Origin: Acidobacteriota bacterium
GTDB lineage: Bacteria; Acidobacteriota; UBA890; WLXD01
Assembly (NCBI GenBank): GCA_963666215.2
Contig: CAXWPL010000005.1
Span: 960,001-1,024,000 of the forward strand
Direction of reading: 5' to 3'
DNA: 64,000 bases
Part shown: in pieces, positions 49,290 to 59,894 of the stretch
Layout: each line of letters begins with the position of its first letter
Numbering within the stretch: the stretch's first letter is position 1
The notes under the pieces: model-generated
What the model was told of the DNA's origin: nothing
Database searches by the model: none
What the model saw: the letters and a program-made list of their open reading frames with translations, nothing else
Translations under genes and position numbers: made by a program

Positions 49290-49710
49290 CTATTGCCGTT
49301 CTGGGAACTGCGTAAAAGCCCCCGCGGTAACGATGAGATCGGGCTCGAAGGGCTCGTCGTACCAGGGCGAGGGCGGGGCCCGACGCTCCGTCCAGCCCTA
49401 GCGACGTGAGCGTGTAGCCGGTGCCAACGCGCCCATAGACCCACGCGTTACCCCAGGTATCGCTCGGCGGGACCGGGCTCATGGAGTTCGGCTCCAGGTC
49501 TGAGAGCGCCGAAGGATACTCACCGAAGTCGACGTGATACGTCCCACTGGCCAACGCGATTTGGTGCATGCCGCCCATCGTCGAGCGCTGACGCGAACGC
49601 TCGTAGGCGGTCAACAACGTGGGCACTGTCAGCAGCGCCAGGATCCCGATGATCGCCAGGGCGATCAACAGCTCGATGAGTGAGAAGCCGCTCTGATTCT
49701 CAGCCTGCAT
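49290..49710 (-). CDS. Prepilin-type N-methylation domain protein (GspG-like pseudopilin), probable frameshift near 49375
   Basis: G|FSLIELL, DTWGNAWVY and LTSLGLDG motifs; a plausible C-terminus (PWYDEPFEPDLIVTAGAFTQFPERQ*) lies in another frame. Confidence 0.75.
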
Positions 49711-49798
49711 CGTATGATCCCCTTCGCGATCGGGCCAACTTGACGTCATTAGTCAGTTCTAGTCACCGCCCGCCTTCAAGAACTATTACAAGTCAGAT

Positions 49799-51898
49799 AT
49801 GGACAATCAAGGCCAATCTACTTCGCATCAGAATCGCCTGGCGCAGGAGAGCAGCCCCTATCTGCTGCAGCACGCTGCAAACCCCGTCGACTGGTACCCC
49901 TGGGGAGAAGAAGCGCTCGAGCGCGCCCGCCGCGCCAATCTGCCGATTCTGCTCAGTGTCGGCTACGCCGCGTGCCACTGGTGCCACGTCATGGAGCGCG
50001 AGTCGTTCGAGCACACCGAGACCGCGGCGCTGATGAACGAACGGTTCGTCAGCATCAAGGTGGATCGCGAGGAGCGCCCGGATATCGACGATATCTACAT
50101 GCAGGCCGTGCAGCTGATGACGGGACACGCCGGCTGGCCGCTCACCGTGTTCCTCACCCCCGAGCTGCGTCCCTTCTACGGCGGCACGTACTTCCCTCCC
50201 GATGATCGTCCGGGGCTGCCGTCTTTTCGACGCCTTCTCCTGAGTGTTTCCGAAGCCTTCCGCTCGCAGCGAAGCCAGGTCGACGACATGGCCAAGCAGC
50301 TCCACGAGCGCATGGCCGCGCCGCCGCCGCACCTGGGGGCTGTCGAGCTGTTGTCGGCGGATGTTGTTCGACGCGCCGCGAGCGAGCTGCTCGATCGCTT
50401 CGACCCGGCCACCGGCGGTTTCGGACCGGCCCCCAAGTTCCCTCATCCGACCTCGATCTCCCTCCTGCTCGAGGTCGCGAACCAGCGCCAAGACAAGGAG
50501 CTGCTCCACGCCGCGACCTTCTCGTTGGATCAGATGGCCACGGGTGGTCTGTATGACCACGTCGGAGGCGGATTTCACCGCTATTCAACCGACGCGCGCT
50601 GGCTGGTACCGCACTTCGAGAAGATGCTCTACGACAATGCGCTACTCGCGGTGAGCTATCTCGAGGCCTATCAGGTCATCGGACACGAGGCGTTGGCACG
50701 TGTCGCCACCGAGACGCTCGATTGGACGATCGCCGACATGCAGGGCTCCTCTGGCCGCGGCGGCTACTACTCAACGATCGACGCCGACAGCGAGGGCGTT
50801 GAAGGCCGCTTCTACGTCTGGAGCCTCGCCGACATCGACGAGGCACTCGGCGACAACGCCGAGGCGTTCGCGACAGCGTACGACGTTCTCGAGGGAGGCA
50901 ACTGGGAAGGCTCCACCATCCTCAACCGCCCCCGAGCGATCGCCGAAGTCGCGGGTGAGCTCGAGCTCGAGACCGCGGCGCTCGAAACGTTGCTGCGCGA
51001 GTCGCTCGCGATCTTGAGGAAGCTCCGAGATCAGCGTGTCCGACCCGGCCTCGACGACAAGATCCTCACCGACTGGAACGGGCTGATGATCGCCGCGATG
51101 GCGAAGGCCTACCGCGTAGTCGGCGAGCCACGCTTTCTCGATTCGGCGTTGCGCGCCGCCGGGTTCATCGAGCGCTTCATGTTCAACGCCGACGGGCGCC
51201 TGCTCCACACTCATCGCGATGGCAAGAGCAAGCTGCTGGCCTACTCCGACGACTACGCCAACCTGTTGTGGGCGGCGATCGAGCTCTATGAGTCCACCTT
51301 CGATCGCCGCTGGTTGGCCCTCGCACGCCGCCTGGCTGACGGGTTGATCGAGCTGTTCTGGGACGACGAAGCGGGGGGCTTTTATCTGACCGGCTCCGAC
51401 CACGAGGAGCTGCTCGTGCGTCCGAAGTCGGGCTACGACGGCGCCACTCCGCCCGGCAACGCCGTAGCAGCGGTAGCGCTGCAGCGGCTCGCGACGCTCA
51501 CCGGAGTCGACACCTACCGTGAGCGAGCGCGCGACACGATTTACGCCTTCGGCCCACAGCTCTCGCGCCTTCCGTCTCGCTTCCCGACGCTGTTACGCGC
51601 ACTGCGGCGCCACCTCGAGGGCGGCCGCGAGATCGTCGTTGTGGGCGCGCCCGAAGAACAGGGCACGGCACACGCGGTGCGCACGCTGTGGCGCCAGTTC
51701 GCACCGGCCGACGTGGTGTTGCTGGTCGACCCCGACGAGCCGGGCATCGACGAACTGGAGCGCGAATTGCCTGCCACCGCCGGCAAGATCGACGCGGCCA
51801 AGGGTATGGCGCGGCCAACCTTCTTCGTTTGCGAAAGCTACACCTGCCAGGCGCCGACGACGAATCTCGAAGAGGTGCTGGCAGCGCGCAAGGCCTAG
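49799..51898 (+). CDS. Thioredoxin-domain YyaL/SPATA20 (DUF255) family protein
   Basis: [43 protein letters not shown] and [10 protein letters not shown] motifs. Confidence 0.93.
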   Translation: MDNQGQSTSHQNRLAQESSPYLLQHAANPVDWYPWGEEALERARRANLPILLSVGYAACHWCHVMERESFEHTETAALMNERFVSIKVDREERPDIDDIYMQAVQLMTGHAGWPLTVFLTPELRPFYGGTYFPPDDRPGLPSFRRLLLSVSEAFRSQRSQVDDMAKQLHERMAAPPPHLGAVELLSADVVRRAASELLDRFDPATGGFGPAPKFPHPTSISLLLEVANQRQDKELLHAATFSLDQMATGGLYDHVGGGFHRYSTDARWLVPHFEKMLYDNALLAVSYLEAYQVIGHEALARVATETLDWTIADMQGSSGRGGYYSTIDADSEGVEGRFYVWSLADIDEALGDNAEAFATAYDVLEGGNWEGSTILNRPRAIAEVAGELELETAALETLLRESLAILRKLRDQRVRPGLDDKILTDWNGLMIAAMAKAYRVVGEPRFLDSALRAAGFIERFMFNADGRLLHTHRDGKSKLLAYSDDYANLLWAAIELYESTFDRRWLALARRLADGLIELFWDDEAGGFYLTGSDHEELLVRPKSGYDGATPPGNAVAAVALQRLATLTGVDTYRERARDTIYAFGPQLSRLPSRFPTLLRALRRHLEGGREIVVVGAPEEQGTAHAVRTLWRQFAPADVVLLVDPDEPGIDELERELPATAGKIDAAKGMARPTFFVCESYTCQAPTTNLEEVLAARKA

Positions 51899-52935
51899 CG
51901 GTACAGCCAGACGCCGAGATCCTTCTCCATGCCGGCGTACATCTCCGCCACCCACTCGCCGTAGCCGTTGTAGATCTGTGTGGGAACGCGCGAACCGGTG
52001 TTGATGAACCGCTCGGTGGCCTGCGACCAGCGCGGGTGCGGAACCTCGGGGTTGATGTTGGCCCAGAAACCGTATTCCGAGGCACTCACCTTGTTCCAGA
52101 AGGTTGGCGGCTGCTTGTCGGTGAACACGATGCGGTCGATCGACTTGATGTTCTTGAAACCGAACTTCCAGGGCGTCAGCAAGCGAATTGGAGCGCCATT
52201 CTGCTTCGGCTGCGGCTTGCCGTACGACCCGGTCGCCAACATGGTCAGCTCGTTGCGCGCCTCGGCCATGGTCAGCCCCTCGAAGTAGGGCCACGGATAC
52301 CAGCTCTGCGCTGGGATCCCGGGCATCTGATCGGGCCGGTTGGCGGTGTACATCGCCACGTGGGTCGCGCGCGATTGGGGCTGCACGTGATCGACCAGCG
52401 CGCGCATCGGAATTCCGCACCAGGGAATCACAGCCGACCACGCCTCGACGCAGCGGAAACGGTACACCCGTTCCTCAACAGGCAGCTTGCGCATGAGGTC
52501 TTCGAGGTCGTACGTGCCGGGTTTGTCGACGTGGCCGCTGATCTCGATGGTCCACGGCTCGGTCACGAAGTTATCGACGTGCTCCCACACCTCGTCCTTG
52601 GGCGTGAAGAACTCGTAGAAGTTGTTCCAGGCGTGAGCCTGTCCAGGCGCCGTGATCGGGCGGCCGGCGTTCTCTTCGGTGAAAACGGCGCTCTTGGCTG
52701 GCGGATAGAGATCACCCGCCGGCCCGGTCGGATACACCACCGCGTCTTCATACTCGCGAGCCCTGCCGATCTGCGCGGCAACGCTTTCGGCCACTCCGCA
52801 GCCAGCGGCGAGCCCGCTCAGCCCAACCGTGGTCACGCCCATGCCACGCAGAACGGCGCGGCGGTTGAGGTACGTATCCTCGGAAGTCGTGTCACGCTCG
52901 GGAATCTCCCAGCCACGGCGCTTGCGAATCAGCAT
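51895..52935 (-). CDS. msrP: Protein-methionine-sulfoxide reductase catalytic subunit
   Basis: Tat NRRAVL; [49 protein letters not shown] and NGYGE motifs. Confidence 0.92.
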   Translation of the reverse strand: MLIRKRRGWEIPERDTTSEDTYLNRRAVLRGMGVTTVGLSGLAAGCGVAESVAAQIGRAREYEDAVVYPTGPAGDLYPPAKSAVFTEENAGRPITAPGQAHAWNNFYEFFTPKDEVWEHVDNFVTEPWTIEISGHVDKPGTYDLEDLMRKLPVEERVYRFRCVEAWSAVIPWCGIPMRALVDHVQPQSRATHVAMYTANRPDQMPGIPAQSWYPWPYFEGLTMAEARNELTMLATGSYGKPQPKQNGAPIRLLTPWKFGFKNIKSIDRIVFTDKQPPTFWNKVSASEYGFWANINPEVPHPRWSQATERFINTGSRVPTQIYNGYGEWVAEMYAGMEKDLGVWLYR

Positions 52936-53034
52936 GTGCGTGTTCTCCAGATTTCTCAGGTAGTTCCGAGAGCTCGGCCGGCGACGGCGGCTGGCAACGT
53001 TCCTGACGCGCCCAGTGCGGTCACTGAAAGTGGC

Positions 53035-54627
53035 CTACTGAGTGTACCCCAACGATCGCAGTCGCTCCATCGTGGCGTCGTCCACCGTTTCGGCAACGCC
53101 ACGCGTCGACAGCTCGGCGACCATCTGCACAAGCTTCTGCTTGAGCTCGTCGAGTGCCGGCGTGGCCTCTCCGATCAAGTTGACCGATTCGTACGGATCG
53201 GTTTCAAGGTCGAAGAATTCAGCCGGGCCGTTCGCGAAGCCGATGTACTTGTAGCGCAGGGTCTGCAGCGAATATTTTTCGCCCGTTTCTTGGCTTTCTT
53301 TGCCGAGAAAGCGACCCCCGAGCTGCCTCTGCTTGGATGCAATCGCTCGCTTGCGCCTGGCGACGAGATCTTCCAACTCCTCGTCGGAGACGCCCTCCGG
53401 TCGCTCAGTGAGGAGCTCATCGAGCTCCTGCTGTTGATGGTAGATCTTGGCCAGGCCGGGCGCGAGGAGCTGCCGACGCGCGGCGAAGCTGAACTCGTGG
53501 GCCACTGCGCTGGTGTCGCCAACAAGCATCGGCAGCAGCGAGCGGCCCTGCACCGGGGCGGTCTGCCCCTCGAGCCGAAGGCCGGCGAAATCGAGCAGAG
53601 TCGGCGCCAAGTCGACGTGCTCCACGATGCGGTCGACGATCTCGCCCTGCGCTCCACCCCCGCCCTCGAGGTAGAAGATCAGCGGCACGTGGAGCTGTAC
53701 GTTGTAGATTTGCTTGTGGTGTCCAAACCACTCGTGGTTGGCGAGTCCCTGGCCGTGGTCGGAGGTGATGACCCACAGCGTGTTCTCGGCCAGGCCGCGC
53801 TCCTGAAACTCTTGGTACAGGCGCTCGATCTGACTGTCGGCGAAGTGAATCTCGGCGTCGTAGTCGAGAATCTGGCGGGCGCGCTTGCCTTGCCCCTGCG
53901 CGCGGCGGAGATCGGAAGCCTGCTCGTCGATGAGATACCGGACCAGCTCGGCCAACGCCTCCTCATCCGGCGGCGTTACGGCGTCGAGATGCTCCGTCGG
54001 CGGTCGCAGAGGCTTGTGGGGATCGCAGTAGTGGATCCACATATATAGCGGCCGCTCGGCGCCAAGCTGCGCCTCGTCGAGCCAGGCGATTGCGGCGTCG
54101 GTGGTGCGCTCGGCGGTGCGGTATTTCGTAGCCCTCGTGTCTCCCTTTTGCGGCTGGTCGTAGACCTCGAACCCTTGGGCAATACGAGACCGATCGAAGT
54201 GAGCGTCGCCGCTGACAAACGCCGCGGTCATGAAACCGTTGTCGCCAAACACCTCCTGGGTGGTGACGAACTCGTTGGCGAGCACCTGCCCGTTGGTGAG
54301 CAGTCGGTGCTGGATTGGATACAGGCCAGTGAACATCGAGGCGTGCGAAGGCCCCGTGGTGGCGGAGTGCGCATAGGCGCGCTTGAAGCTGGTACCACGC
54401 GCCGCCAGCGAATCGACAAATGGCGCCGTGTCGGTCGGGTAGCCGAAGCTCCGCAGGTGGTCCGCACGAAGCGTGTCGATGCTGATGAAGACAACGCGGT
54501 CGACGGCGAGGTCGGCGGCCGAGCCGCTGCAGGCAAACAGGCCCACGAGTCCGAGCATTGCGATGGCCAGCCGCGAAGCGCAGAGGCGCACGAGGGTTCT
54601 CCAGCGTAGGTTCGTGGCAGCGATCAT
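53035..54627 (-). CDS. Sulfatase-like alkaline-phosphatase-superfamily lipoprotein
   Basis: LFAC lipobox; IDTLRADH, TGPSHASMFTG, DPH, TSDHG and VDLAPT motifs; C-terminal RLRSLGY. Confidence 0.88.
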   Translation of the reverse strand: MIAATNLRWRTLVRLCASRLAIAMLGLVGLFACSGSAADLAVDRVVFISIDTLRADHLRSFGYPTDTAPFVDSLAARGTSFKRAYAHSATTGPSHASMFTGLYPIQHRLLTNGQVLANEFVTTQEVFGDNGFMTAAFVSGDAHFDRSRIAQGFEVYDQPQKGDTRATKYRTAERTTDAAIAWLDEAQLGAERPLYMWIHYCDPHKPLRPPTEHLDAVTPPDEEALAELVRYLIDEQASDLRRAQGQGKRARQILDYDAEIHFADSQIERLYQEFQERGLAENTLWVITSDHGQGLANHEWFGHHKQIYNVQLHVPLIFYLEGGGGAQGEIVDRIVEHVDLAPTLLDFAGLRLEGQTAPVQGRSLLPMLVGDTSAVAHEFSFAARRQLLAPGLAKIYHQQQELDELLTERPEGVSDEELEDLVARRKRAIASKQRQLGGRFLGKESQETGEKYSLQTLRYKYIGFANGPAEFFDLETDPYESVNLIGEATPALDELKQKLVQMVAELSTRGVAETVDDATMERLRSLGYTQ

Positions 54628-54927
54628 GCGAGCGCTCGCCAAAAAAACGACGTGTACAGTTGAGCCTACCAGGAATCGGCAAACTCCGGGTTTCGGCCGC
54701 CAGAGGCGATCCGGGCTGACTACGCAGGCGTGCCCGCCCGGCTTGCGGGGCCGGGAATATCGCCGAACCTCCGCCAGTAATGGCGCTCGCAGAGGCGCCC
54801 GCCAATCGAGCCAACCGGGCTCGGCAGAATCTACGGAATCCAGCCGGCGCACGGCGCAGAGAAAGCCCAGGCAGCCTAGAATCTCGGCCAGTCACGCATA
54901 CATCCTGAGGTCTCGGAAGGAAGCCCC

Positions 54928-57171
54928 ATGTCCGCAAACAGACGGACTGCCAGCGCCGCGGTCCTACTCCTGGCCGGCGCGGCAGCGATTGGCGCCGGGC
55001 AGGCCGAATCGAACCTTCCAGGCGCCGAAGAGCTTCGACACCAAACCACGACCTCAGCATGGGCCGAGCTGGCCAACACGCTCGCGGACGAGGTCACGAT
55101 CTACCGCGACGCGTTCGGGGTACCGCACTCGCATGGCACCACCGACGCGGCCGCCGCCTTCGGCTACGCCTTCGCCCAGGCACAAGACAACTACGAACAG
55201 ATCATCGAGAACTTCCTGCGCGCCGAGGGGCGGGCGGCGGAGTTTCTGGGTGCCCCAGCCTTGGTCGACGACTGGCTGTCGCGCTCGATGCGTATCGAAG
55301 AGCTGGCGCGCGACGAGTACGACGCCAGCGATACGGACTTGCGCTCCCTTCTGGATGCCTACGCCGCCGGCGTGAACGCCTACGCGGCACAAGCCGGACG
55401 GTCACCCGCGCCAGGTCCGGGAGGTGTGCAGCCCTGGCACCCGCTCGCACTCATCCGCTACCTCTATTTCCACGGTGGCTTCCTGCGTAGCGCCGGACTG
55501 CGGCGCAACGACTTCGAGGCCGCCTACCGGCGCATGAACCCGGGAGTCTTGGCAAACGACCCGGCGGCCCTTACGGCCGACCCGGACCAAGGCTGGCGTG
55601 AGTTCGCCGACCAGGGCTCCAACTCCTGGGCCGTCGGGCCGTCTCGCACCGCCGATGGCAGCACCATGCTTTTCATCAATCCCCACCTGCCCCACTTCGG
55701 ACCGGCGCAGGTGTACGAGGGGCACCTTTCGAGCGACGAGGGCTGGAACTTCACGGGGTACGGCCGCTTCGGCTTCCCCATGCCCTACGTCGGCCACAAC
55801 CCCGACCTCGGCTGGGCCAGCACCGACAACGCCGCCGACCTCGCCGACGCCTACCTCGAGACCTTCGACGATCCCTCCAACCTCAACGCCTATCGCTACG
55901 GCAACGAGTACCGCGAAGCGGAGGAATGGCAGGGCACCATCTCGGTATGGCGCAACCCGATCCAGGGCGCGACACCGATCCAGCACCGTTATCGGCGAAC
56001 CCATCACGGACCGGTGGTCGGCTACCGCGAAGGCCGCTGGGTGTCGGTGCGCATGGCCAAGCTCGAAGAGCCCGGCTGGCTGGCGCAGTGGTACGCCATG
56101 ACCAAGGCGCGCACGCTCGAGCGGTTCCTCGCCGCAGTCGAGCCTCTGAACATGCTGTTCGGCAACTACACGTACGCCGACCGAGAAGGTCACATCCTGT
56201 ACGTCTATAACGCGGCGGTACCGCGGCGCGACCCGTCGTTCGACTGGAGCCAACCGGTCGACGGCTCCGACCCTCGGACGGAGTGGCAGGGCTATCACCC
56301 GATGGCCGAAATCCCGCAGCTGCTCGACCCTAGCAGCGGGTACCTGCAGAACTGCAACTCCACGCCGTTCCTGTCGAGCAGCACCGACAATCCCAGCCGC
56401 GACGCATTTCCCTCATACATGGCCAACGAGCCCGATACCGCTCGCGCCCGCAACGCTCGCCGCATCCTCGAGGGTCAGGAGCTGTTCAGCTGGGCCGAAT
56501 GGACGCGCCTGGGCTACGACACCACGCTCATCACGGCCAACGACGACCTCCCGCCACTGTTCGAGGCCTGGGCGGGACTCCCGGCCACCTCCCGAACAGC
56601 CGACCTCGGCGAGGCGATGGAGCTGCTACGCGCCTGGAATCGGAGCAGTGCCGCCGACTCAGTCGCGACGACGCTCTACATTCTGTGGGGCGAGAGGATC
56701 CGACGGCTCGACGCACCCGGTGCCGATCAGCTGCTGCTCGAGCTCGCTGCCACGCTCGATGATCTGACCGCCGACTGGGGCGACTGGCGCGTCTATTGGG
56801 GCGAGATCAACCGCGCCCAGCGCGGCCACAGCTCCGGCCGCCAACCCTTCGACGACGGTCGCCGCAGCGTCGCCATCGGTGGCGCCCCGAGCTGGACGGG
56901 CACGAGCTTCACGTTCTGGAGCGCGCCGGTGGAGGGTCAGAGGCGGCGGTACGGCACGGGTGGCAACTCGTACGTCAGCGTTGTGCGGTTCGGCAAAACC
57001 GCGGAGGGCTACTCACTGATGCCGTTTGGCCAGAGCGCCACCGCCGACTCACCACACCATCTCGACCAGCTCAACGGCTACGCCCGCGGCGGCTACAAGC
57101 GCGCCTGGCTGCACCTCGACGAGGTGCGTACCTACGCGCTGTCGTCCTACCGGCCCGCGGTGCCGCACTAG
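54928..57171 (+). CDS. Penicillin acylase family (S45) Ntn-hydrolase
   Basis: IYRDAFGVPH, GYAFAQAQDN, G|SNSWAV, NPH, RTHHGP and NCN motifs. Confidence 0.92.
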   Translation: MSANRRTASAAVLLLAGAAAIGAGQAESNLPGAEELRHQTTTSAWAELANTLADEVTIYRDAFGVPHSHGTTDAAAAFGYAFAQAQDNYEQIIENFLRAEGRAAEFLGAPALVDDWLSRSMRIEELARDEYDASDTDLRSLLDAYAAGVNAYAAQAGRSPAPGPGGVQPWHPLALIRYLYFHGGFLRSAGLRRNDFEAAYRRMNPGVLANDPAALTADPDQGWREFADQGSNSWAVGPSRTADGSTMLFINPHLPHFGPAQVYEGHLSSDEGWNFTGYGRFGFPMPYVGHNPDLGWASTDNAADLADAYLETFDDPSNLNAYRYGNEYREAEEWQGTISVWRNPIQGATPIQHRYRRTHHGPVVGYREGRWVSVRMAKLEEPGWLAQWYAMTKARTLERFLAAVEPLNMLFGNYTYADREGHILYVYNAAVPRRDPSFDWSQPVDGSDPRTEWQGYHPMAEIPQLLDPSSGYLQNCNSTPFLSSSTDNPSRDAFPSYMANEPDTARARNARRILEGQELFSWAEWTRLGYDTTLITANDDLPPLFEAWAGLPATSRTADLGEAMELLRAWNRSSAADSVATTLYILWGERIRRLDAPGADQLLLELAATLDDLTADWGDWRVYWGEINRAQRGHSSGRQPFDDGRRSVAIGGAPSWTGTSFTFWSAPVEGQRRRYGTGGNSYVSVVRFGKTAEGYSLMPFGQSATADSPHHLDQLNGYARGGYKRAWLHLDEVRTYALSSYRPAVPH

Positions 57172-57222
57172 CCGGCAACACGTAAAACGCGCGGCTCCCG
57201 CCGTCCCCGGAATCGACAGGCG

Positions 57223-58422
57223 CTACTTCTTGCCCTTGTCCTTCATGATGCGCCGGTAGTCCTTCTGGATCCCTTTCCACTTACGACGCTCTGCCGCCGC
57301 AGCCGCGGCGTCGTGGCGGCGCACTTCGTAGGCGAGCTCCTTGCCGAGCCCGAGGTGACTTCTCCATCGAGCTTCGTCGAGCTCACCGGACTCGAGCGCG
57401 GCGCGGACGGCACACCCGGGCTCGTTGCCGTGCTTGCAGTCGCGAAACTTGCAGCTCTCGGCGAGCTCTTTGATGTCGTCAAACGTGTCTTCGACGACGC
57501 GCTCCTCCGCCTCCCACACCGTGAGCTCTCGCATTCCGGGTGTGTCGAGCATCAGAGCACCACCAGGGAGCAGGAAAAGCTCGCGGTGGGTTGTGGTGTG
57601 ACGGCCACGATCGTCGCTTTCGCGAATCTCCTGGGTGCGCAGCAGTTCCTCCCCGGCCAGCACGTTGATCAGCGTCGACTTGCCAACGCCGGACGAGCCG
57701 AGCAGCGCCAGCGTCGTCCGCGGCCGCAAGTAGTCGCGTACGGCGTCGAGGCCGTCGCCCGTGACGCTGCTGAGTAGGTGCACCGGCGCTCCGCCCGCGA
57801 CCGCTTCGACCGCCACGAGCATCTCCTCCGACTGCTCGGTTAGGTCGGCCTTGCTCAACAACACCACCGGTTCGGCGCCGCTGTCGCGGGTGGCAACGAG
57901 GTAGCGCTCGAGCCGACGCAGGTTGAAGTCGTTGTTCATCGACATCATCAGGAAAACGACGTCGATGTTGGTCGCCACAACCTGTTCGCGGCTGCGCTCT
58001 CCGGCTTCCTTGCGAACAAAGCAGGTGCGGCGCGGCAGGATCTCGAGGATCGTGGCGCCGTCGGCGGGCTCACCGAGGCGTACCAGCACCCAGTCGCCTA
58101 CTGCCGGCAGATCGCGCGGGCTGACAACGCGGTGCCGCACGCGTCCCGGAGTCACGGCCCAGAGCTCGCCGATCTCGGTGCGCGCCCGCCAGGCACCGCG
58201 GTGCTGGGAAATGATGCGTGCCGGCCGCGCCGTCGGCAGATGGGCGTCGCCGTCGCCCTCAGTGGTGCGGGCGACGAACGCTCGGTGGTACTCCTCGTCC
58301 CAGCCGTAGGGCACAAGCCGATCGAGGGTGTCGGAGCTCGGCGCTTCCGGCTGGTTGGCTTCGCTGCGAGAGACGGGATCGTTCGGAGGATCTTCGTTCG
58401 GAGACTGTTCGCTCAGGGTCAT
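57223..58422 (-). CDS. rsgA: Ribosome small subunit-dependent GTPase A
   Basis: PAVGDWV, RRLERYL, SKAD, GSSGVGKS, GRHTTT, DTPGMRE and CKFRDCKH..EPGC motifs (circularly permuted GTPase with Zn site). Confidence 0.95.
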   Translation of the reverse strand: MTLSEQSPNEDPPNDPVSRSEANQPEAPSSDTLDRLVPYGWDEEYHRAFVARTTEGDGDAHLPTARPARIISQHRGAWRARTEIGELWAVTPGRVRHRVVSPRDLPAVGDWVLVRLGEPADGATILEILPRRTCFVRKEAGERSREQVVATNIDVVFLMMSMNNDFNLRRLERYLVATRDSGAEPVVLLSKADLTEQSEEMLVAVEAVAGGAPVHLLSSVTGDGLDAVRDYLRPRTTLALLGSSGVGKSTLINVLAGEELLRTQEIRESDDRGRHTTTHRELFLLPGGALMLDTPGMRELTVWEAEERVVEDTFDDIKELAESCKFRDCKHGNEPGCAVRAALESGELDEARWRSHLGLGKELAYEVRRHDAAAAAAERRKWKGIQKDYRRIMKDKGKK

Positions 58423-58456
58423 CGGTGTTCAGCTTCCACGGTCGGAGTCAGAGTCC

Positions 58457-58611
58457 GCCGAGAGGCGCAGTCCGCCTCTGGCATCGACGATGCGCGGAGA
58501 ACACGAGCCCTACCGGCTTCTACAGAAAGACCCCACGAGAGGGGTCCTGTCGACCAGATCCTGTAGGAAGAGTAGCTCGTGCTAGATGACCCGGGCTGCT
58601 GGCGAACCCAT
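58457..58611 (-). promoter_or_regulatory. Putative structured 5' leader of rsgA with a short uORF
   Basis: Nested stems across 58502-58581, a second hairpin at 58457-58482, and uORF MGSPAARVI* at 58611-58582. Confidence 0.5.
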
Positions 58612-58650
58612 AGACAACTCGCGATATGTGACCTACGAAGCGATGTGCGG

Positions 58651-58680
58651 ACAATAGTGACCTGTGGCAATGCCCGTCAA
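58651..58680 (-). promoter_or_regulatory. Possible sigma70 promoter TTGACG-N18-TATTGT for the rsgA leader
   Basis: Consensus-like hexamers in a locally AT-richer patch. Confidence 0.4.
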
Positions 58681-58882
58681 GCAACAATAACGGGACCGTC
58701 GAGTCGGGCGGGTCGTCGAGTTGTTCACGCTGGATCGGCTGATCCTACGGTTGGTCGCGGCAGTCGAGGTGACCCGGCGGGCCGTGGTTTCTGCTGCCCC
58801 TGAGCTCGGCCCTCGCGACGTGAGCGGCAGCAGTTGGTATCATCCGGTAAGATATCGATGTGTAACATAGGGCTATCCGACA

Positions 58883-59245
58883 ATGACTGCCCTCGAGATC
58901 GTTGCAACCATGACCCAGCTGACACCGCATGCCTTCCAGGTGCTCCTGGCCCTGTCGGACGCCGATCGACACGGTAACGGCATTGTCCGCCATGTCCTGA
59001 AGCTCACCGACGACGCCGTGAGGCTCTGGCCGGTGACGCTATACCGAACGCTCGACGACCTGACGGATCGCGAGCTGGTCGTCGAAATCAGCGGCACCGG
59101 TGAGCATCCGGTGGGCGCCAGTCACCGCCGGCGCTACTACCGTCTCACCGAGGCCGGCGCCGAGGCGCTGGCTGCTGAGGCCGAGCGCCTCGACGGCCTG
59201 GCCAGTGTGGCTCGCAGCAACTTGCGCGCGCGGGAGCAGCGCTAG
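58883..59245 (+). CDS. PadR-family transcriptional regulator
   Basis: FQVLLAL...RHG.GI, LWPVTLYRTL and RRRYYRLTEAG motifs; start may be 58910. Confidence 0.9.
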   Translation: MTALEIVATMTQLTPHAFQVLLALSDADRHGNGIVRHVLKLTDDAVRLWPVTLYRTLDDLTDRELVVEISGTGEHPVGASHRRRYYRLTEAGAEALAAEAERLDGLASVARSNLRAREQR

Positions 59246-59890
59246 TGCCATCGCCGGTTGCGCCCATGGGAGACGGCCCGGATCCGACGCCGGCTCGCCC
59301 TCCCCGACTCTTTCGACTCCTTTGGCTGCTGCTTCCCCGCGACTTCCGCGAACGGCACGGCGGCGAGATCTGGGGCGAGGTTACCCACCAGGTGGCCGAA
59401 GCCGCCGACACTCGTCGTGTCTGGTGCCAGGCGACGCTGGATCTTGCATGTGGCCTGCTCCCCGCCTGGCGACGCCGCGTTTCCCCTGGTTTTCCCCGCG
59501 GCAGACACGGTGCTGCCGCCACCGCTGAGATCTTTCAAATGGAAACCTGGATCCAAGACGTCCGCTTCGGAGCGCGCGCCCTGTGGCGCCACGCCAACAT
59601 CACCACGTTGTGCATCGTCGCGATCGCTCTTGGCATCGGGGCGAACGCCGCGGTGTTCACGCTCATCAACGAGATCTTGCTGCGGCCGTTGCCGGTACAC
59701 GAGCCGTCCCGCCTGATCGACCTGCACGTCGACCAGCCGGGCGCCAACAGCTTCGTCGGCTTCTCGTATCCGGAGTTCGAGGAGCTCCGCGCGGCCAACG
59801 CACTGGCCGGCCTTGCCGCCCATAGCGGCGTGGGACTGCGCTTGGGGGCCAGCTCGTCGGACATCCGCGCGGCCGGCCAATTGTCGTCGA
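59245..59890 (+). pseudogene. 5' fragment of an ADOP-type ABC permease
   Basis: LLPRDFRERHGGE, QDVRFGARAL, ALGIGANAAVF..I..ILLRPLP and FSYPEF motifs; homology ends after about 210 aa versus 945 aa for the intact paralog. Confidence 0.82.
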
Positions 59891-59894
59891 CAGG

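Noticed and set aside
58850-58878. Possible PadR operator in GATATCGATGTGTAACATAG
   Set aside because: The position is plausible but the dyad symmetry is too weak to call.
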